DNA of 64,000 nucleotides from Daphnia carinata (Eukaryota): NCBI RefSeq assembly GCF_022539665.2, contig NC_081333.1, positions 10,230,001 to 10,294,000 of the forward strand, read 5' to 3'. Shown piece by piece: positions 44,924 to 63,494 of this stretch (position 1 is its first letter; each line of letters starts with the position of its first letter). The notes under the pieces were generated by a model. It saw only the letters and a program-made list of their open reading frames with translations, ran no database searches and was not told where the DNA came from. The position numbers and the translations under genes were made by a program.

Positions 44924-45484
44924 TTTCCTCGTGAAGTAGGAAGCACACTTTGTCGGGAATTAATTTTCAATTCAAATTATAAGTTAACTGTGGTTGAATT
45001 ATTAAAGTAAACCAGAAATGGTACAGTCAAACACTTGTGGTTTTTGTTTTAACCGGCAGACGACGAGGTAAACAATCGCCACCTAACTAGCGAAAATACA
45101 AACGTAAGAACTGGTAAGAACGCTAGTGCCAGAAGAAGAGAAAAAAAAAAAAAACGAGTACAAAGCTGGCAGCGAAGCAGGACAGATATGTAAAAAAAAT
45201 GTAATAGACCTAAGACGATATTTCTTACATTTATTGATCCCTCCAGGATTCCTTAAGTTACAGAATGCCATCGTTCACAACTAATGGTTCGAATAAGCCG
45301 AGAATAGACCTAAGTTAGATTTAGTTCCTAACATGGGACGGAAACGGGTGATTTGCCAGAAATAGGGTCAAATAGAAACTCAAAAGGACTGCTGCCGTAG
45401 TTATGCCAATCGCTCTACCTTATCCAAGAAACGAAAAATAAATTTTTGCCAATCAGCCGAACGTATTAGGGAAGCCGAAATGAA

Positions 45485-45490
45485 TTTATT
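45485..45490 (-). promoter_or_regulatory. Probable polyadenylation signal (AATAAA) of the RPC4 gene
   Basis: AATAAA on the minus strand ~57 nt after the RPC4 stop codon. Confidence 0.5.
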
Positions 45491-45546
45491 TCCCGGAGGT
45501 CGTTATTCCCAAACAGCAGCGTACAAATTCAATGGGACATAGAACA

Positions 45547-47429
45547 TCACGAATCTACAATCAATTCATCCCAATCTGGTAGACAAACAGTTTTATACTT
45601 GATTGGTCCGAGTGCTTTCATTTTTCCGCTTTTTTCTTCTGCATTTACCTCAACCGATATCAGATCCTATTCAAGAAGAAAATATTAGAAAAGACTATAA
45701 TTTTGCAAATCGTGGATACGAAATATTTTTTTTGTCCACGTACTTGTAGATAGGAAACTTGCGTTGCACTATCCATGACGAATGAATGTTCTCCCATTTG
45801 CAAAGTTATTTTCCCCGATTTATGAACGCGAAGAGTCCCTAATCGGCCCTCCGGAATATCTTCGAAGACACTTTCTTTTTCGGCCTTTGTTTCAACGATG
45901 GTTTGATCATTGACTTTATCTTGAACCGCTGTTCCAGGTTCAATTTTAACTTGAGGACGCTCTTTATCCGCTTTCAGGCTCGGCAGTCTATCTGGCAACT
46001 GAAAACCTCAGACGGTACCAAAATTAACTTAAACCTCTTTTGGCAAATTCGCCATCTCATCGTCACTAGATATATCGTACAAATGTCGGTACCTGAATAA
46101 ACAATATGTCTCCCTCGTTCTGGAAAATATGTTCGACCGTGACTTGAGAAGGTTTCAAACGTTGTTGGTAAGTAGATGCTTTGGTAGTCGGGATCGGATT
46201 GCTGTCGCCTTTTTCTTGCTTGACTAAAGAAGGTTACTCAATCAACGGTGGAAGTGTCGCAAGAAAATTATCAAGAATGTCACATACTTGCAATATCTCT
46301 TTCTTCTGTGGTCAGTTGTGGATTTTCTGACTTTATGACCATACTTTCCGTTTCTCCCTTCAGGTTTGCATCTTGTCAGAAAAGGATAAGAAAAATATCA
46401 AAATGGTTAATTCTCTCAAGGACACGCAACTACGAAGGCATTGGAAAAAAATACCTAAGCTAGATTTCGGGAGCTGGATTGGCTGCATCACCAAATTGCC
46501 ATCAAATCCATCACCCAATTCTGAATCATCCAAAAAGTCATCTCTAAGTAACGCACTTAATGCAGCATCTTCTTCTTCCTTATTGATTTTGGTGTTCTTT
46601 TTATGAATTGAAATTTTAAGACAAGAAAAATAATACATTTTAGGAAAAGAAAGCTAATTAAATGATAAATATTGCAACTTGGGTGTTCAGTCGAGGTTTC
46701 TCCAGTCCAGCAATAGAGCCTGCACTTTCCCTGTCTGCATAAACAGATGATGAACTTCTCATTTTCAGACCCAGATCAGACACTCCTTCACCAAAGATTG
46801 ATCCTGTGGTCTAAACAGATAATGAACACATAAATTGTATACATAAGATCTTAGTCACAAGTAAGTAGTAGTAAGTAGACACAAGTAATAGAAAGCAAAT
46901 ACTTGAATCAACTCTGGTTTTCCTCTTCCTCTGCCTCTTCCTCTATCACCATCTTTTCTTCCCCGTCCTCTACCATTGCTCGGAGACTCTGAAGATTTAT
47001 CAACATTCAATGGAGTTTCTTGTGCCTTTGCACGCCTCGCAGGAATGGTTGGTTTGAATTCTTTCTTAGGTTTAGCACTTCCTCCATCAAGATTTGACAC
47101 AGTACTAAGACTTGGTCTAGAATTTCCTCCTAGAGTTAAATCTCTTTCACCTCTGAAAGAAGGTAGCCTACCAATCCCAGCTGTCAATAAAGTTATTTCT
47201 CAAACATTTGACGTAAATCATATTACCTCCCTGGCCTATTGGCGGTCAAAGGGGAAATAGCTGCATTCAGGGAAAATTTCTTGACTATATCAGAAGTAGA
47301 TGGACTTCCAGATACTAAAGAGCCATTTTTATTCCCATCACTTGTTGATTGTGTTGTCGATGCAATTGTTGATTTTGGTTTCGCCGTGGGCCTAACCAGC
47401 TTTTCAGGGATTCCTTCTTTTTTGCTCAT
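45547..47429 (-). CDS. POLR3D: DNA-directed RNA polymerase III subunit RPC4 (C53), multi-exon
   Basis: ATG at 47429. Exon 1 (47429-47227) splices to exon 2 (47167-46903), giving GRLPSFRGERDLTLGG...KKEFKPTIPARR...GRGRGRGKPELIQ. Exon 3 (46810-46679) begins TTGSIFGEG. The C-terminal RPC4 domain reads PDRLPS...EDIPEGRLGTLRVHKSGKITLQMG...SYLQ/DLISV...ALGPIKYKTVCLPDWDEL. Last exon 45666-45547 ends in TGA. Middle exon boundaries were not fully resolved. Confidence 0.92.
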
Positions 47430-47956
47430 TTCCAACTCCTACTGTTATATTTCTTCACTTTTGTATTATGCTTAGAAAACGACATGTGTAAACTTTCTCA
47501 TGCCTTATAACAACGTTCGTCTGCTGTTTGCCAGTATTGAGGGGTGGCGCACTTGATTTCTAAGGCCTGGAAGTACTGGCCCCTAACGGAAGCTACTAGC
47601 GCGATGCACGAATTATTTTTTTTTTCAGGTTTTGCTTAATAACAAAATTGTATCTTGTGAACTTATCTAAACCCTTCTGTTTTCAGTTTTTGAAATTTTG
47701 AAAAATGTGTGCCATGTTTTAAGATCTCCTATCCTGCACCTGGTGTATACTTGAGATAAATTTACCCATTTATTCGTCAAAAGAATTGAATAAAATTGAT
47801 CAAATCATATAAACATGATTGAACTATGTTTTTTAAAATATGTTCTTTATATTTTTCGTTTTTTGACAGCTTTTTGTAGAAAAATTAATTTTAAAATACT
47901 CTTTATTCCTTGTATATCGTAAGACATTAGCTGGGCATGCCAAACATTCTCTACAA

Positions 47957-49018
47957 ATGGAGAGGCGAAAACCATTTTTTTTAAATTCTAAATACTTGAA
48001 AGGCTTTAAAGTTTTCTTCAACATGGGCAAAAAATCCAATGGACAAAATCAACAACCCAGACCGTCGACATCAAGGCCATATAGCACGCCACCGGTCAAA
48101 ACTTCCGTCTCAAAACCTAAGAAACCTATTCAGAAGCCTTTCTCGAAAGCCGAGGAGCAAAACGCAGCTCCAATAGCGTATGGCCTTTTCGTTGCGCTAA
48201 CGGAATATGTAGCGCCAGCGGTTAGACGATTTTTATGTGAGAGGCGACTAGAATCTGCATGGAATACCGATTATGACTGTGGTGAACACCTGTACAAGCT
48301 GATTGACGAAGTCGGCTCGGATAAATACTTCCTCAACCCCAGAGTTCCTGATCGTGAGCTTAGAGGCGCAGTGACAGGACGTAATAAGGTTTTCCATATA
48401 AAGCTACAAGAAATTTCCGAAACCTGGGAAACTACGATCTCCCATTGGATTAGTGTATGCAGAGGTGTCCATGACACTCATGCTGTAACTAATTTAAAGG
48501 CAGTGCGTTGGCGCTTAAAAAAAAGGCGATTTCATGAAGTAGGGTGGAATCGAACATTACGTTTCCCGCTGCGCGCGTACGACGAGGGCGACGCCTTTAG
48601 TCTTAGCCATATAATGTATGGTTGCATGGTGAAATTCATGGCACCATCAGTTAGAAATTTTCTCAGTTTAAAAAACGGAAGTAAGAAAGTATCCCTCGAC
48701 TTCTACGATAATTTAAAAGAGATGATAACCAAGCAAAAGCAGAGCAATAATTATTTGCCACATTCCGCAAAGAATAGGAAAGATCAAGAAATGCTGAAGA
48801 CGGCAATGATGGCGAGGAACTCGTGCTGTCATGGATATTTCACTGAAATTTTCTATAACTGGGAGAGTTTTCTAAATTCGTGGCTAAAACTACTAGAGGC
48901 TATCGGTGCGTCTGCCGCAAAGGAGAATATGCAGTCCGTTTATAACACGATACTCAGGTGTGAAAAAGAATGCCGGTCGGTAGAGCCAAGCACACTTTTC
49001 CTATCGACGGCCTCTTAG
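47957..49018 (+). CDS. Intronless orphan protein (353 aa, or 331 aa from ATG 48023) with two tandem helical repeats, each carrying an R-N-x3-H HEPN-like motif
   Basis: The longest ORF in the window, with normal protein complexity. ATG 48023 is in good context (CAACATGG). Internal duplication: YVAPAVRRFL...GRNKVFH...W...ISHW versus FMAPSVRNFL...ARNSCCH...W...LNSW. The HEPN assignment rests on motif recognition only. Confidence 0.8.
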   Translation: MERRKPFFLNSKYLKGFKVFFNMGKKSNGQNQQPRPSTSRPYSTPPVKTSVSKPKKPIQKPFSKAEEQNAAPIAYGLFVALTEYVAPAVRRFLCERRLESAWNTDYDCGEHLYKLIDEVGSDKYFLNPRVPDRELRGAVTGRNKVFHIKLQEISETWETTISHWISVCRGVHDTHAVTNLKAVRWRLKKRRFHEVGWNRTLRFPLRAYDEGDAFSLSHIMYGCMVKFMAPSVRNFLSLKNGSKKVSLDFYDNLKEMITKQKQSNNYLPHSAKNRKDQEMLKTAMMARNSCCHGYFTEIFYNWESFLNSWLKLLEAIGASAAKENMQSVYNTILRCEKECRSVEPSTLFLSTAS

Positions 49019-49973
49019 CCACTAAAATCACTAAATTTGGAGCTACAGCATGATAAAATTTAATGTTGAACCCAGACCAAAGCCTAAACCCTGTCTGCCG
49101 GTGACCATCGAGTGATACAACGTTCTCGTCAACGGGGTACTTCCGTCACGGCCATCCCCCCTCCCCAAATAAATTTCCCACTTTTGGCTTTCCACATGCA
49201 GTTAATGTATGACTTTCGACAAAAACAAACGTATTAATTTTTTAACTACCCGGTTGAAGTGAAAATCTACATGAGCTGATCTTATGGAATGGATAAAACG
49301 TCGTTTAATGTTTGGTGGCTTTAGCTTTGGGAGTATCTTGTTTCGAGGTGATGATGGAAGCGTTCATGGAATTGCTGCTTATGTAGACCATGAATGCCTA
49401 ACTCATCAATGAGTTACGAATCGACTCCTGGGCTGGGCCTCTAACCTAAACAGACATGATATCCACGACATTCGATCAGTTTCAGGGAAGAATACCGCCA
49501 AATATTGATTTGTTCTTTAAATGGTAGCTGAGGTGACTTATTTGAATTTACTCTTTGGCTTTCTTTTTTTTGTGATCATTTCGAACAATAAAATACAAAT
49601 TTTTCCTTGAGCTAAATCAGATTGACAGGGTAAAAGTCGTTTACGTGTTGAGGTTTCACCTTAGTAGTATCTGGTCTCGATGTGGTGATTGAGTCGTTCA
49701 TCAGAGATTGCAGCTTATGTATCTGAACGATTCAATTATCACTGAATGGACACGGTAACTCCCGGATAAGCCTCCATGTGAACAATTGATGCCTTGAAAA
49801 TTGATTAGTTTAGGGATATAAAAAAGCAAACAATTGATGTCCGTTGTTATTATTATTATCATATTTATTCTTGGTTTTCTAGTTGATTGGGGAAGAACAG
49901 GATGTTCAACGTTCTTGCTTATAGAGTTCAGGAACTTAGGAAGGCATCCCGCACAGCACATTGCTGACCTGAC

Positions 49974-50062
49974 CGATCGGCGATCAAATTTTGCCGAACA
50001 TTTTTACCGATTTTTCTCAAAAGATCGGATCGGCGATCAATTTTTGATCGCGATGGCGGATC
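49974..50062. repeat. Short GATCGG/GATCG-rich sub-repeat patch, possible DNA-transposon subterminal remnant
   Basis: GATCGGCGATCAA occurs twice, with further GATCG/CCGA units in ~90 bp, directly abutting the inverted repeat copy. Confidence 0.45.
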
Positions 50063-50065
50063 TAA

Positions 50066-50537
50066 TTAAGCCCAAAAAAAATAAGCCCGACTTTTCCAAT
50101 TTAAATATTATATCATTAAATCTAGATAACTATATATGATTTCGATGCAAAATTTAACAAGAAACACGAAAGTGAACTTTGTTTTTACGTAGACCTTATG
50201 GATTGGCAAAGAAGCTTGATGTGTCACGCTAGCCCTGTAGCGTACTGGCGCGCTAGGAAGTTCTACGATTCGGTGTATTGCAACATGCCAAAATAGTACA
50301 TTTCTAAAATTTATTTCGAAAATGGCTGATTTAACGAAAGAACGCTGAAATAATCGAAATCAGCTTTCAATTTTAGCTGGCTCACATGTTTTTATCAAAT
50401 TCCAAGACATGTTTTTTGCTGATTTTGCCAAAAGTGGTAAGGCTACAGCCTTCGTACTTTTTCATTTATTGCCAAATTTTAAATTTGGCTTAAAATACAC
50501 AATTCCGATTCAGAATTGAATGATAATTACGAAAATG
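50066..50537 (-). repeat. Diverged inverted copy of the ~535-bp repeat unit found at 39.7-41.2 kb
   Basis: Reverse-complement matches: TTTGTTTTTACGTAGA, TGTAGCGTACTGGCGCGCTA, TCATTAAATCTAGATAACTATATATGA and AAGGCTACAGCCTT. Confidence 0.88.
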
Positions 50538-50626
50538 TTTATTTTTCATATAAATATTTATACATAATGTATAAGTATATTCTCTTGATATTAATAGATT
50601 CGTGTTAGGAAAAGAACAATATTATT

Positions 50627-50959
50627 CATTTTAGGAAACGAAAACTATTCAAGTGATACGTATTGTTCTTGGTGATCAGTCGAGGTTTTTCCACTCGACC
50701 CTGCACTTTCTCTGCCTGCATAAACAGATGAGGAACTTCTAATTTTCAGACTAAGATCAGACACTCTTTCACCAAGATTCACCGTGTGCTCTTAACACGC
50801 AATGATCACATAAATTAGATACAGATGATCTTAACGAAACAAGAATAACAGAAAAATACTTTAATTAACTCTGGCTTACCTCTTCCTCTGCCTCTTCTTC
50901 TGTGACCTTCTCTTCTTCCCTGTCCTCTACCACTACTCGGAGATACTGTAGATTTATCA
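50627..50959 (-). pseudogene. POLR3D: Degenerate DNA-level duplicate fragment of RPC4 (3' part of exon 2, intron, exon 3, part of next intron)
   Basis: Colinear with 46637-47002 including introns (e.g. CTGCATAAACAGATGA, AGATCAGACACTC, CCTCTTCCTCTGCCTCTTC). Has indels such as CCAAAGATT>CCAAGATT and lacks both the 5' and 3' ends of the gene. Confidence 0.88.
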
Positions 50960-51541
50960 TTATCCTTATCGTACAATTTATTCTTTTCCCCTTTACAATC
51001 ACGGTCTGCGAAGAATGTATGAATTCACTGTGGGAGAGGAATGTAAGGATATTCTCAACAGCCTAATTATTGTCTGTAAATTTTTTTTTGTTTCCTTGCT
51101 TCTACGAATCTGTAACAATCTGTTTGAAATAATTGCAAACATTATGACGATTAACACTGCCTGAAGTTCTTGCTTAGCAATCTAACAAGCAGCGCCAAGA
51201 CCAACTGGCAGGGGAGTGCGACCCGTTCCACTACATAAACCTCGTTCTTGACCAGCACCTCTGCTCTTAAAGTAAAACCTTAACAGCAAAATCTTCAACA
51301 TCAATGATCTCGCCAATCTGTCAGGGAATTGCATTCTTCGTAACGCATTTCTATCCAAGGAACGAATATAATTCTAGAGATAAGTCACTATATTCTACTA
51401 TTTTGCAGTTGTGTCATAAATCCATACACAATCAGAAAAATTATACTTAACTACTGTCTTCAGTATATATTTCCGAGCCTTTATTTTACAAGGACGAAGT
51501 TAAACATGAGTCTCTTTAATTTTCTTCCATGAACAAAAAAA

Positions 51542-52364
51542 TTAATGCGGCGTCCATTTGATACTCTTCAAATCAATTCCTTCTTGGACCGTTTCCCACA
51601 AAGGACTAAGAGATGAGAAATTTTTTTGTTATTTGGATAGCTAGATTAGAAGCATAAACCTAGTTAACACCAACCTACCTCATTTCACGAAGCTTCGAAA
51701 CTTGATGTATACACTTTTGCGCAGTGTAATCAACCTCAGCTTCGGTAGTGTATCTTCCAATTCCCAATCGAATAGAAGAATGTGCTAAATCCTCTTCAGC
51801 CCCAATAGCGCGCAAAACGTAGGAGGGTTCTAACGAGGCTGAAGTGCAAGCGCTTCCACTTGATAGTGCCACATCTAGAGTATTACAAAAACGAGTTATG
51901 AATAATTTGTAACGTATTTTATGTTAAATGATACCTTTTAAGGCCATCAAAAGACTTTCACCCTCACCATAGGCAAACGACAGATTAACACAACCTGGAT
52001 AGGAGTGTTCAGGATCTCCGTTTCGTATAACATGTGTTAAACTTTTACTTATCTGGTCGACCAAGCGATGTGACAGTTTTGTGATTCTGTTATGATCATA
52101 CCAACAATTGATTTTCTTTATAACAATCTATACAAAATAATTGCAAAACGATCTCTTGTGATCAGCATTTATCAGCCTCAGCTTGCTATGTGGAATTTGA
52201 AATTTAGTTTAATAGCAACACACATAAATATATATTACAGTAAAATACCTCACGGGCTTGTTCAACAGCTTTTTCGTTTCCCCAACCATATGAATGGGTC
52301 CTTGAATATGGGTTTCCATAATAATTTGTGATATATGGTAGCATTGCATCTTGTACCCTTGGAC
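51542..52364 (-). pseudogene. NFS1: Internally deleted cysteine desulfurase (NFS1/IscS) pseudogene, intron-containing
   Basis: Exon 52364-52249 reads [27 protein letters not shown]...EQARE. A frameshifted stub (LINAD/QEIV) follows at ~52186-52145, then a jump to YDHNRITKLS...PGCVNLSFAYGEGESLLMALK (52100-51935), whose acceptor is GG instead of AG. Next is [25 protein letters not shown]...[10 protein letters not shown], and the last exon PLWETVQEGIDLKSIKWTPH* ends at 51542. The central region containing the PLP-binding lysine is absent. Confidence 0.88.
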
Positions 52365-52683
52365 CTAAACCAGAGACATGTAATACATTAAATTTTCAAA
52401 TGAAACAAAAAAGCTTTACTCACAAAAGGGTTTTCACCAGCTTCAACGACTGAAACCAAGAAACAAAATAGCAAAAACAAATTTTTGGTGCTGATTATAC
52501 ATACTCTTTCAGTAGTTATTACCTTTTAAATCTTCAGACTGACATAGCCTGTATTCTTTAATTTTCTCGTCCTCATCACCCTTTAATGTTGCTATTGATT
52601 TTCTTTGGCATCTTTCTGTATCTTTCAAAATCCAACAATTACACAATCATTCACTTGAAAATTTGTTTTCGCACAATCACTGA

Positions 52684-52870
52684 TGCAGCATCTTCTGCTT
52701 CCTTATTCATTTTGGTGTTCTTGGTTTGAACTGACATTTTAGGAAAAGAAAACTAATTAAGTGATAAATATTGCAACTTGGGTGTTTAGCCGTTGTTTGT
52801 CCAGTCCAGCAGTCGAGCTTGCACTTTATCTGCCCACATAAACAGATGATGAACTTCGCATTTTCAGACA
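52684..52870 (-). pseudogene. POLR3D: Second degenerate RPC4 fragment (part of exon 3, intron, start of exon 4)
   Basis: Colinear with 46561-46770 (TGCAGCATCTTCT, TTTTGGTGTTCTT, TGATAAATATTGCAACTTGGGTGTT, CATAAACAGATGATGAACTTC, ATTTTCAGAC). Confidence 0.87.
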
Positions 52871-52982
52871 TTAAATCATTAACTAAAGTTTTTTAGTCCT
52901 CTGTAGTATTTATACTGAATTTTCCAATCACTTAATTTGTTCTTCTGTAGCTCCTATATAGGTATGATGGTAGCCTAGATAG

Positions 52983-53027
52983 AAACACTCCGCGTAATCT
53001 TTCTAAGAAAGATTATACGGAGTGTTT
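52983..53027. repeat. Near-perfect 45-nt inverted repeat (22-bp arms)
   Basis: AAACACTCCGCGTAATCTTTCT-A-AGAAAGATTATACGGAGTGTTT; 20 of 22 positions are Watson-Crick complementary. Confidence 0.9.
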
Positions 53028-53487
53028 TTTACGGAGAATGAATATTTTACTATTCCTAAGCCCCGTTAGGATATAGGTACAATCGTTTTGTTATGTCGAA
53101 AATAATTTTAACAGCTTAATTATCGCCTTTTTTTTCTACAGGATAGTTGAAACAGCGTTGAAAAATAAAGTTCATTTTTTGCTTTTGGGAATATCAAAAT
53201 AATTACTATTAAACTATGTGCTGGAAAACGGTGAAGTTGTGTTTGTTGTTAACGATGTTTTGTTAAGAAATACACGGTATAAAAGGGAAGGCGAAGCACA
53301 TTACAGATGGTCGGAGATGCTAAGGATTAGGGCAATTATGGTTTGATAATTCTCTAATGCTAAAGGCGAATGAAGTTGGAATTATAGGCAATCGAGTGAT
53401 GAGATCTGTACACCAAGTGCCTTTATTCCCAATTCATTCTTAAGCCGACTTGAATTCGCAACTAGGCCCCACCGTGTTGTATGGGCA

Positions 53488-53778
53488 TGTAAGGAAGGAA
53501 CAGGGAGCTCACCCGTCCAGTGGTCTAGTTCTGGAGAATAGAGGGTATTCGAGGACCCTGATTACGCGAGGATGATCCCGTCCGCATACTGTGGTATTCA
53601 TGATATGCCCCCGGGGAGGGGGGTATACATGGGTATGTTCGGTATATATACGTAAGCTTGGGAGGATACAGAAAGGTATCTGGAGCTAGATTCAGGTCCA
53701 CCACGGGTAAGGTTATCTAAGGCAAACCGGGGGGGACACCCGGGGCGTACAGATTCCTCTGGTACTTACATACTTACA
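53488..53778. mobile_element. Probable solo LTR (~291 bp) of an LTR retrotransposon
   Basis: A GC-richer island bounded by inverted TGTAAG...CTTACA termini (TG...CA), with an internal TATATATA at ~53644. The 4-bp flanks GGCA/TGCA match 3 of 4, a possible decayed target site duplication. Confidence 0.6.
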
Positions 53779-54662
53779 TGCACACTGCGATGGGTTACTG
53801 GTTGTGCTAGTCAAGTCACACTAGCATCACCGGCCGACTTTTTTCCCCTAACATCAATCAATGCAAAATATTTTTATTTGATAATATGATTACGATATTT
53901 TAACAATTTGCTAATATTTTAACATTTAGAAATTTAAAACTAAATTTTTACATGTAAAGAAACCCACTTGACGATCTTACATTCTTACGTTCATGTTTCA
54001 TTACGTTGTTCCATGTTTGGGTCAAAACTTACCTGTGCGATTCAGGTAAGGCTGATGGCACACCCTATGCGAGGTCCAAACTGGATCATAGTCTACAGAG
54101 TAAAAATAGCCATCGTGAATTCTATTTTAAAAGGAAGAGGAAAAATAGTAAAGAATAAAAAGAACTTGTGTATTGAACGAGGCGTGCAGTTAAAAACGAC
54201 AGTTGTTTTCGCTAATGCTTCTTCAGTCAGTCAAATAAACGCCATGACACACGAGAGGGTCACAGCGAAACAGAAAAGGAATAGAGCAATACAGTTTAAA
54301 ACCATGAAAAGTCAAATCGCGCCCAAAGAATAATGGACTAGGACTCAATCAATTCCATTTACAGCAATATAAAATAATCTGGTTTGCTTTGCTTCATTTC
54401 CGAAAACAAATTTCCATTGACGTGATTAGCTTTGCATTTTAAAAGGCGAAATCAAAGTAAAGGGATTTAAAACAAACTCCTTCCTTCAAATCAACGTCAG
54501 ATAGGAACATATGTGGTTGATTCTTGCTTTTACTTTTTACCATAAATGAATACTTCTTTTATACAAGAGTTGGCCACGGCCCCATCTCATTATTAGCGCC
54601 TTGAATTGAGGTTTTCTCCTTTGCTTTCTTGCGTTCCAGATGGAGAATCCGATTTTAAAACT

Positions 54663-63494
<8,832 letters not shown>

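Noticed and set aside
47426..47485. 19-codon upstream ORF whose TGA overlaps the RPC4 ATG
   Set aside because: The TSS is unknown and the segment may be intronic or untranscribed; a chance occurrence is likely.
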